In this document: positions 56,747 to 64,000 of the stretch, one piece after another
How the letters are laid out: every line of letters begins with the position of its first letter
Position numbering within the stretch: the stretch's first letter is position 1
Origin: an uncultured Bacillales bacterium
Lineage (GTDB): Bacteria > Bacillota_I > Bacilli_A > RFN20 > CAG-449
Reading direction: 5' to 3'
NCBI GenBank assembly: GCA_946641515.1
Contig: CAMPBT010000002.1
Span: forward strand, 129,471-193,470
DNA: 64,000 bases
The notes under the pieces: generated by a model
What the model saw: the letters and a program-made list of their open reading frames with translations, nothing else
The model's database searches: none
What the model was told of the DNA's origin: nothing
Made by a program: the position numbers and the translations under genes

Positions 56747-57295
56747 TTATTTAACTTTTTTGATATATCTTACACCTTTAGTAGTTAACCAAGTTCTTAC
56801 CTGTTCAATTTCTTCTTCTGAAGCGAATTGTTGCTTTTCTAATGTATATCCTTGTGCTTTTGCTACAAGTAAGAACATATAATCATTTGTTTCGATTACT
56901 TTGAAGAGTGTTTCATAAGAGAAAGACATTGTGTTATTTCCCTTCTTTTTAAGTTCTTCATTTTCTTTTTCATCTACTCTTCCATATTCAAATTCGATTA
57001 CATCTTTTTTGAATGTGAATTCATAGTAAATTTTATCGAAATAATCTTCTCCACTTCTAATTACTTTTTTAATGCCATTTTGGTACATGACAAATAAAAG
57101 AATTGGGAAGATTACAAACATTGCTCCGAATATTGCAAGCATTGTCCAATTCTGCGCAACGAGAGATAAGATAATACCTATTAAGATTACTGCTTGGAGT
57201 AATGCACTTGACATTAAATTTCTTGTAACCATTGCTTTATTCATTGATACAAATCCGTCTTTACTAAATACTGTTTTATTTACAACTTTTTCCAT
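56747..57295 (-). CDS. YcxB-like two-TM membrane protein
   Basis: Two adjacent TM helices, then a ~100-aa soluble domain. Confidence 0.4.
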   Translation of the reverse strand: MEKVVNKTVFSKDGFVSMNKAMVTRNLMSSALLQAVILIGIILSLVAQNWTMLAIFGAMFVIFPILLFVMYQNGIKKVIRSGEDYFDKIYYEFTFKKDVIEFEYGRVDEKENEELKKKGNNTMSFSYETLFKVIETNDYMFLLVAKAQGYTLEKQQFASEEEIEQVRTWLTTKGVRYIKKVK

Positions 57296-57454
57296 ATTTG
57301 TTCATCCTTTGCCTTTTTCTTCTTTATTATTACATAAATAAAGGGATGATTTAACAACATTTGTTTCAAATCGTTGAAATATCTTTTTCTAAAGTGGTAA
57401 ACTTGAGCCAGTATATATAGATTTATCTATATAAAATTATAATAGGAGGCACAA

Positions 57455-58861
57455 ATGGGCGTTAAAATTGTAGAAACCAGTTTACGTGACGGTCATCAGT
57501 CTTTATTTGCAACTCGTATGACAACAGAAGAAGTTGTTAATGTTGCAAAAGAGTTAGACGACGCTGGTTATTACGCTTTAGAAGTTTGGGGTGGTGCAAC
57601 ATTTGATTCTTGTTTAAGATTCTTGAATGAAGATCCATGGGAAAGACTTCGCGAAGTAAGAAAAGTATGTAAAAAAACTAAATTACAAATGCTTTTCAGA
57701 GGACAAAACATTCTAGGCTATCGTCACTATTCAGACGATGTAGTCGATATGTTTGTCAAAAAGTCTATTGAAAACGGTATTGACATCATTAGAGTATTCG
57801 ATGCTTTAAACGATATTAGAAACCTTCAACAGGCTGTTAAATCATGTAAGAAATATGGAGGACATTGCCAAATTGCTCTTTCTTACACAACTTCTCCAGT
57901 TCACACAGTTGAATACTATGTAGAACTTGCAAAGAAAGTTGAAGAACTTGGCGCAGATTCTTTATGCATTAAAGATATGGCAGGTGTCTTATTACCTGAA
58001 GATGCTAAAAAGCTATTCAAAGAATTAAAGAAAAATACTTCTTTACCTCTTGAATTACATTCTCACTGCACTGCTGGTGTTTGTGAAATGACATATAAGG
58101 CTGCTATCGAAGCAGGATGCGATATCATCGATACTGCATTATCACCATTATCAAATGGTACTTCTCAGCCATCAACTCAGGCATTCAATTATGTTTTCAA
58201 AGGAACTAAATATGATCCTAAGTTAGACAATGATTGCTTAAATGCTGGTGCTGCTAAGTTAACAAAGATCAAAGATAAGTATTTAGCAAATGGTTTATTA
58301 AACCCTAAATCATTATCTGTAAATCCTAACATTTTAAAATATCAAGTTCCTGGCGGAATGCTCTCTAACTTAATCAAACAGTTAACAGATCAAAATGCTA
58401 TGGATAAATATGAAGATGTATTGAAGGAAATTCCTAACGTTAGAAAAGACTTAGGTTATCCACCTCTAGTTACACCTTTATCACAAATGGTTGGTACTCA
58501 AGCTGTTCTTAACGTCATCACAGGTGAACGTTATAAAATGGTACCAAAAGAAATCAAAGCTTATTTACTCGGCCAGTATGGTGCTGCACCAGCTCCAATC
58601 ACTCTTGATCAAGCTATCGTTGATAGAATCAGAGCAGGTGAAGAAGTCATCACATGTAGACCAGCAGATTTATTAAAACCAGAATTTGAAACTTTAAAAG
58701 AAAAATACAAAGATGTTGCTAAGAGCGATGAAGACGTCTTATCAATTGCTCTATTCGAAGCTAACGCTATTGCATTTATCAAAAAGAGAGATTCAGTTGA
58801 ACAGCCAAAAGTTGAAGAAGATGAAGTTGAAGAATTCAACGTTGTCTTAGGAGGTAACTAA
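57455..58861 (+). CDS. oadA: Oxaloacetate decarboxylase carboxyltransferase subunit (alpha; no biotinyl domain)
   Basis: ETSLRDGHQSLFATRMTT motif, the hallmark of the pyruvate-carboxylase/OadA carboxyltransferase (CT) domain. The gene stops before any biotinyl domain. Confidence 0.85.
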   Translation: MGVKIVETSLRDGHQSLFATRMTTEEVVNVAKELDDAGYYALEVWGGATFDSCLRFLNEDPWERLREVRKVCKKTKLQMLFRGQNILGYRHYSDDVVDMFVKKSIENGIDIIRVFDALNDIRNLQQAVKSCKKYGGHCQIALSYTTSPVHTVEYYVELAKKVEELGADSLCIKDMAGVLLPEDAKKLFKELKKNTSLPLELHSHCTAGVCEMTYKAAIEAGCDIIDTALSPLSNGTSQPSTQAFNYVFKGTKYDPKLDNDCLNAGAAKLTKIKDKYLANGLLNPKSLSVNPNILKYQVPGGMLSNLIKQLTDQNAMDKYEDVLKEIPNVRKDLGYPPLVTPLSQMVGTQAVLNVITGERYKMVPKEIKAYLLGQYGAAPAPITLDQAIVDRIRAGEEVITCRPADLLKPEFETLKEKYKDVAKSDEDVLSIALFEANAIAFIKKRDSVEQPKVEEDEVEEFNVVLGGN

Positions 58862-59214
58862 TGGAATCATTATTAATCATTCTCGCTAATGTTGATAAAT
58901 CAACAGCAATGGATCCAGGAACAGGAGCAATCTTCTCATTAGTCGCAATTCTTCTAGTATTTGCAATTCTTGGAATTATCATCGGTATCACAACATTAGT
59001 ATTCAAACTTACTGGATTATTTGAAATGAAGAAACAAATTGAAGCTAAGGCAAATGCTCTTAATAACAACACTACTGTTTCTGAAGCTAAATCAAATGAA
59101 CCAGTTGAAATCAAAGATGACGATATGATGGCAGCAGTTCTTGTTGCAACAATTGACTACAGAAAAGAAATTAACAAAGATGTCAGAGTCGTCAGTGTTA
59201 AAGAAGTAAAATAA
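58861..59214 (+). CDS. Small single-TM subunit of Na+-pumping decarboxylase (OadG/OadH-like)
   Basis: N-terminal TM helix (IFSLVAILLVFAILGIIIGITTLVF) and a charged tail; sits between the alpha and biotin-carrier genes. Confidence 0.6.
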   Translation: MESLLIILANVDKSTAMDPGTGAIFSLVAILLVFAILGIIIGITTLVFKLTGLFEMKKQIEAKANALNNNTTVSEAKSNEPVEIKDDDMMAAVLVATIDYRKEINKDVRVVSVKEVK

Positions 59215-59228
59215 GGAGATTTAATAAA

Positions 59229-59570
59229 ATGAAAAAATACAGAGTTAAAGTAAACGGTAAAGTTTACGAAGTTGAATTAGAAGCAGTTGAAGAAGTCAAA
59301 GGTTCTATCGAAGCACCTAAGGCTGCTGCTCCAGTTGCTGCTGCACCTGCTGCAGGCGACCAGAACATTCTTGCTCCAATCGGTGGCAAAGTTCTTGATA
59401 TCAAAGTTAAAGTTGGCGACAAAGTTAACAAAGGTGACACAGTCGTTATCATCGAAGCTATGAAACTTGAAAACGAAGTTAAATCAGCTTTCTCGGGTAC
59501 AGTTAAAGACGTTAAAGTTACTAAAGGCGCAATGGTACAAAATAAAGACGTTCTTATCGTCTTAGGCTAA
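59229..59570 (+). CDS. Biotin carboxyl carrier (biotinyl-domain) subunit of decarboxylase
   Basis: Ala/Pro linker plus EAMKLEN biotin-attachment motif. Confidence 0.85.
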   Translation: MKKYRVKVNGKVYEVELEAVEEVKGSIEAPKAAAPVAAAPAAGDQNILAPIGGKVLDIKVKVGDKVNKGDTVVIIEAMKLENEVKSAFSGTVKDVKVTKGAMVQNKDVLIVLG

Positions 59571-59571
59571 T

Positions 59572-60798
59572 ATGAACTTTTGGGATACAATCGTTGACTT
59601 CTTAGGAACAACAGGTATTGTAAACTTCTTCACTGGCAACGGATGGATGAACTTAATCATGATTTTGATTGGTTGTGTCTTCCTCTATCTTGCTATTAAG
59701 AAAGATTACGAACCATACTTATTAATTCCTATTGCAGTCGGTATGATTCTTGTTAATATCGCACCAAACATCTACGCTGATTACAATATGTATAACGAAG
59801 CTCACGAAGTCATCGGTACATATTCTTCAATTAACGCTGTTCCACTTGCTCAAAGAGGATTACTTGGCGTTCTCCACTTAGGTGTTGAAGCAGAATTATA
59901 TCCATGTTTAATCTTTATCGGTATTGGCGCAACTACCGATTTCGGTCCATTAATTTCTAATAAGAAAACTATGTTACTCGGCGGAGCTGCTCAAATTGGT
60001 ATCTTTGCTGCATTCCTTGGCGCTCTTGCTTTAGGTAACGGTGGTTTAGGACTTGTTGATTTCACTGTTGGTGATGCTGCAGGTATTGGTATCATCGGTG
60101 GTGCTGACGGACCTACTGCTATCTTAGTTTCTAACGCATTAGCACAATCAAAATATACTGCAGGTATTGCTTTAGCAGCATACTCATATATGGCTTTAGT
60201 TCCAGTTATCTTCCCTCCAATTATCAAATTGGTAACAACTAAAAAGGAAAGACAAATTAAGATGGAACAAGCTAGAGAAGCAACAAAGACTGAAAGAATT
60301 CTCTTCCCAATCATTGTTACATTAGTTTGCTGTATCTTAGTTCCTTCATGTGCACCATTAATTGGTTGCTTAATGCTTGGTAACTTAATTAAGGAATCTG
60401 GTGTAGTACCAAACTTAGTTAATACTGCTGCAAACGCATTATTATATTCTTGTACAATCTTACTTGGTTTATCAGTAGGTGCTACTGCACTTGGTACAAC
60501 ATTCTTACAACTTGGTACATTAATGATTTTCGGTTTAGGTATTATCGCATTTATTGTCGCTGCAATATTCGGTTTACTCGGTGGAAAACTTATGTGTTAC
60601 TTAACTAAGGGTAAAGTTAACCCTATGATTGGTGCAGCAGGTGTTTCAGCAGTTCCTATGGCAGCACGTGTTGTTCACAAGATTGGACAAGAAGAAGATC
60701 CAGACAACTTCCTCTTAATGCATGCAATGGGTCCTAACGTCGCTGGTGTTATTGGTTCTGCTATTGCGGCAGGTATCCTTCTCTCATTCATTGGTTAA
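59572..60798 (+). CDS. oadB: Na+-translocating decarboxylase beta subunit
   Basis: Polytopic membrane protein with OadB/GcdB-type conserved segments. Confidence 0.8.
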   Translation: MNFWDTIVDFLGTTGIVNFFTGNGWMNLIMILIGCVFLYLAIKKDYEPYLLIPIAVGMILVNIAPNIYADYNMYNEAHEVIGTYSSINAVPLAQRGLLGVLHLGVEAELYPCLIFIGIGATTDFGPLISNKKTMLLGGAAQIGIFAAFLGALALGNGGLGLVDFTVGDAAGIGIIGGADGPTAILVSNALAQSKYTAGIALAAYSYMALVPVIFPPIIKLVTTKKERQIKMEQAREATKTERILFPIIVTLVCCILVPSCAPLIGCLMLGNLIKESGVVPNLVNTAANALLYSCTILLGLSVGATALGTTFLQLGTLMIFGLGIIAFIVAAIFGLLGGKLMCYLTKGKVNPMIGAAGVSAVPMAARVVHKIGQEEDPDNFLLMHAMGPNVAGVIGSAIAAGILLSFIG

Positions 60799-60800
60799 TA

Positions 60801-61514
60801 ATGAAATTTAACATTATTGAACTAGAAGAAGTCGATTCAACAAATAAATATGCAAAAGATAACATCGAAGAATTAAATAACTTCGATGTTATTTTTACAA
60901 AAAGACAAACTTCTGGTAGAGGTAGAATGGGCAGAGTCTGGGAAGCTGACAATAAAAGTTTAGCCTTTTCTATCGTTATTAAAGATTCTAAATTATTAAA
61001 CGACTTCGAAAGTCTTTCAATTATAAGCGCTGCAGCCGTTTTTAGGGCTCTAAGCACAAAATGTGATAAAGTATCTATCAAATGGCCAAACGACGTTTAT
61101 ATCGGCTCTAAAAAGGTTTGTGGAATACTTTCTGAAGGTATTTCTTACGATAAACTTGTTGGTATTATTGATGGAATTGGAATTAACGTTAATAATTCTT
61201 CTCTTCCTTTAGATACTGCGACATCTTTATTTATGGAAACAGGTAAAGAATATAATATTAAAGATATCTTATTTTCTGTTTTAAATAATTTTGATGATTT
61301 AATTACTAAACATTTTAATGGCAACAATGAATATTTAGATATCATCAATGAAAATAATTATTTATTTGGCAAAACAGCTTATGCTGAAATAAACAAACAG
61401 AAAAAACTAGTTAAAATCTATAACGTTCTTCCAAATAACCATTTAGTCATTGAATATGATGGCAACAAAAAAGAGATTTCTACTGGAGAAATCTCATTTC
61501 ATCTTAATGATTAA
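60801..61514 (+). CDS. birA: Biotin--protein ligase (BirA, group I without DNA-binding domain)
   Basis: GRGRMGRVWEA and KWPNDVY motifs. Confidence 0.85.
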   Translation: MKFNIIELEEVDSTNKYAKDNIEELNNFDVIFTKRQTSGRGRMGRVWEADNKSLAFSIVIKDSKLLNDFESLSIISAAAVFRALSTKCDKVSIKWPNDVYIGSKKVCGILSEGISYDKLVGIIDGIGINVNNSSLPLDTATSLFMETGKEYNIKDILFSVLNNFDDLITKHFNGNNEYLDIINENNYLFGKTAYAEINKQKKLVKIYNVLPNNHLVIEYDGNKKEISTGEISFHLND

Positions 61515-63228
61515 ATTGTGCGTTATATAATTCGTAATAGAATCCATGTTTTTCAAGGAGCTCTTCGTGAGTTCCTTTTTCTATTACATTACCTTTATTC
61601 ATAACTAAGATTAAATCCGAGTTAACGATTGTGGATAATCTATGTGCTACTACAAAGCTTGTCTTTCCTTTCATAACTGCTTGGAAAGCATCTTGAATCT
61701 TCATTTCAGTTCTTGTATCAATTGATGAAGTTGCTTCGTCTAAAATTAATAGAGGTGGATTTACTAGCATTAATCTTGCAACACATAATAGCTGCTTTTG
61801 GCCTTGAGATAACGCTCCATCATCTTTGATGATTGTATCTAAGCCTTTTTCCATTTGTGAAACAAAGTGCCAACAATGAGCATCTTTTAGTGCTTTTATA
61901 ATCTCTTCATCTGTCGCATCTTGTTTAGCAATTAACATATTGTCTCTTACACTTGCAGTCATTAACCAAGTTTCTTGAAGTACCATACCATAATTATTTC
62001 TTAAATTATGTCTAGAGATATCTCTTATATCTACTCCATCAACTTTAATTGATCCTTTATTTACGTCATAGAATCTCATTAATAAGTTAATTAATGTAGT
62101 TTTTCCACATCCCGTTGGGCCAACGATTGCTACATGTGTTCCATGTGGGATTTCTAAATTTAAATCTGTAATTAATGTTTGGCCTTCTTCATATGCAAAA
62201 TCTGCATGTTCAATAGTTAATGTGTCGACTTTTTCTATTTCTTTTGTATATTTTGGATCTTCTTCTTTTTGTTCTAATAAGTCAAAGACTCTTGAAGAGG
62301 AAGCAATGGCATTTTGTAATTCTGCAACAACACCTGTAATTTCATTGAATGGTTTTGCATATTGGTTTACATAGCTTAAAAATGAAGCGATGATACCAAC
62401 AGTAATAATGCCTCTAATTGCAAGTAAAGAGCATGTTAAAGTAACACTTGCATAAATAAATGAAAGCATTAATCTTGATGATGGATTAACTAAAGATGAA
62501 TAGAAGTTTGCTTTAGTTGAAACTTTTTCTAACTTGTTATTAATTACATCAAACTGTTCAACCATTTGGTTTTCTTGGTTAAATGCTTCTACTACTTTTT
62601 GTGAAGTAAATATTTCTTCTATAAATGCTGTTTCTTCTCCCCTTGCCTGTGATTGACGTAAGAAGTGTTTATATGTCTTCTTTGTAATGAATTTAGCAAT
62701 GACAATTGATAATGGTGTTAATACTACCACAACAATTGCAACCATCCAGTTCATTACAAACATAAATACTAATGCTGTGATGATTGTGACGATTCCACCG
62801 AACAACTGGTTTAAGCCCATAATAATACCATCAGAGATTGATTCAACATCTGAAATTTCTCTATTTAGGATATCTCCTAACGAATTGCTATCTAAATATG
62901 ATAATGGTAATTTATGGATTTTTGCATTAATGTCTCTTCTTAAATCCCTAACAATATAGAATGTCATCTTGTTATTAATAACATAAACAATATATTGGAA
63001 GAGTGCAATAACACACATTGAGGCAACTATAGCAATGCAATAATACAAAATTCCTTTGAAATCTACTTGGTTTACTCCTACCATTAAATCGATTGCTTTT
63101 CCTACAAAGAATGTAATGAGTAAGCTTAAGAATGAATAAATAATTGTCATTATTATCGAAGTAATTAATCTACCTCTATATGGTTTTAAATAAGCGAGTA
63201 ATTTGCGGAAGGCTATTTTATTTTTCAT
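61504..63228 (-). CDS. ABC exporter, fused permease/ATPase (half-transporter B)
   Basis: 6-TM domain plus nucleotide-binding domain with Walker A GPTGCGKTT, signature LSQGQKQLL and Walker B LILDEATS. Start at MKNKIAF with AAAGGAGGG RBS. Confidence 0.85.
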   Translation of the reverse strand: MKNKIAFRKLLAYLKPYRGRLITSIIMTIIYSFLSLLITFFVGKAIDLMVGVNQVDFKGILYYCIAIVASMCVIALFQYIVYVINNKMTFYIVRDLRRDINAKIHKLPLSYLDSNSLGDILNREISDVESISDGIIMGLNQLFGGIVTIITALVFMFVMNWMVAIVVVVLTPLSIVIAKFITKKTYKHFLRQSQARGEETAFIEEIFTSQKVVEAFNQENQMVEQFDVINNKLEKVSTKANFYSSLVNPSSRLMLSFIYASVTLTCSLLAIRGIITVGIIASFLSYVNQYAKPFNEITGVVAELQNAIASSSRVFDLLEQKEEDPKYTKEIEKVDTLTIEHADFAYEEGQTLITDLNLEIPHGTHVAIVGPTGCGKTTLINLLMRFYDVNKGSIKVDGVDIRDISRHNLRNNYGMVLQETWLMTASVRDNMLIAKQDATDEEIIKALKDAHCWHFVSQMEKGLDTIIKDDGALSQGQKQLLCVARLMLVNPPLLILDEATSSIDTRTEMKIQDAFQAVMKGKTSFVVAHRLSTIVNSDLILVMNKGNVIEKGTHEELLEKHGFYYELYNAQFNH

Positions 63229-64000
63229 TTTTTGTCCCTCCTTTTCCAAATTGGAATGAGTGAATTTCTTGATATAAAGAATTGCGTGATAATAATTCTT
63301 CATGTGTTCCTTCATCTACTAACTTACCTTGATTTAATAAAAGAATATTATCGCATCCAAGTAAGGATGAAGTTCTTTGAGAAATAATAAAGACTGTCAT
63401 ATCTTTATTTAATTCTTTAATTGCCCTTCTTAGTTTTAGATCTGTTTCGAAATCTAACGCAGATGATGAATCATCTAAGATTAAGATTTCCGGCTTTTTG
63501 ACTAAGGCTCTTGCAATTGTTAATCTTTGTCTTTGTCCTCCAGAGAAGTTCTTTCCTCCCTGTTCTACTTCTTCATCTAAACCTTTTGTTTTTCCTTTAA
63601 CTACTTCTAAAGCTTGTGCAGTTTTTAATGCTTCATTTATATCTTCTTCTGTAGCATCTTTATTTCCCCAAAGTAAATTGGATCTAATTGTGCCTTTAAA
63701 TAAGACTGCTTTTTGTGGTACTAAACCAATCTTTTTTCTTAATTCAAGAGGTGAATATGAATTTAAATTGTGTCCATCAAAATAGATTTGCCCATCTGTT
63801 ACATCATAGAAATGGCATAATAAGTTGATAAATGATGTCTTACCTGAACCTGTTCCTCCAATAATACCTATTGTGGAACCCTTTTTGATTTTGACATTGA
63901 TATTTTCTAACGCGTAACCATTTCCGTTATATGAAAGATTGACATTATCAAATTCAATATATTCTTTATCTTTTGCGTCTACGCTTTCTTCTGTTTTAAT
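63218..64000 (-). CDS. ABC exporter, fused permease/ATPase (half-transporter A); 3' portion only, gene continues past window end
   Basis: Manual translation of the minus strand gives Walker A GGTGSGKT, signature LSGGQRQRLTIARAL and Walker B ILILDDSSSALD in one open frame to the stop at 63218. It overlaps the start of the partner gene by ~10 nt. Confidence 0.8.
   Translation of the reverse strand: MKTEESVDAKDKEYIEFDNVNLSYNGNGYALENINVKIKKGSTIGIIGGTGSGKTSFINLLCHFYDVTDGQIYFDGHNLNSYSPLELRKKIGLVPQKAVLFKGTIRSNLLWGNKDATEEDINEALKTAQALEVVKGKTKGLDEEVEQGGKNFSGGQRQRLTIARALVKKPEILILDDSSSALDFETDLKLRRAIKELNKDMTVFIISQRTSSLLGCDNILLLNQGKLVDEGTHEELLSRNSLYQEIHSFQFGKGGTKNEK

Noticed and set aside
58491-61348. Multiple 60-110-aa ORFs on both strands across the oad operon and birA
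   Set aside because: All lie inside, or antisense to, well-supported longer genes.
63498-63785. 95-aa plus-strand ORF
   Set aside because: Antisense to the ABC transporter NBD, whose frame is continuous with canonical Walker/signature motifs.

Overview
AT-rich (roughly 30% GC) Firmicutes-type chromosomal segment. Gene content and order resemble Bacilli/Erysipelotrichia, the standard genetic code is used, and most genes lie on the minus strand. Most of the window is densely packed housekeeping operons: rimP-nusA-ylxR-ylxQ-infB-rbfA; rpsT; comEA-comEC; greA; an RNA-modification and translation-fidelity cluster (HDG glycosylase, rimO, Nudix, mnmA, dtd, cobB, pdp); priA through a degenerate rsmB-like gene, rlmN, stp, prkC-like, rsgA and rpe; gmk; rqcH; trmL; and a split Na+-pumping oxaloacetate decarboxylase followed by birA and a heterodimeric ABC exporter. 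Five tRNA genes are present (a Cys-Arg-Pro-Ala cluster, and Thr). No transposase, integrase, CRISPR array or prophage genes were seen. Accessory-looking patches: (1) 0.7-4.3 kb next to the tRNA cluster, holding a duplicated 247-aa gene with a localized hypervariable block, a secreted Gly-rich protein, a membrane S1 protease and a GT2 gene; (2) tandem zinc-ribbon/CD225-like membrane proteins; (3) a VTC-like/DUF4956-like pair; (4) around czcD, a candidate NiCo-type riboswitch plus a separately promoted and terminated small RNA candidate upstream of an S-component-like membrane protein whose ribosome-binding site (SD) is sequestered in a hairpin; (5) a Fic, zinc-ribbon and LURP-one-like gene cluster beside tRNA-Thr with palindromic operator-like repeats; (6) a LemA gene paired with a 609-aa two-TM protein. 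All calls rest on recognisable motifs read directly from the translations; no database search was possible.
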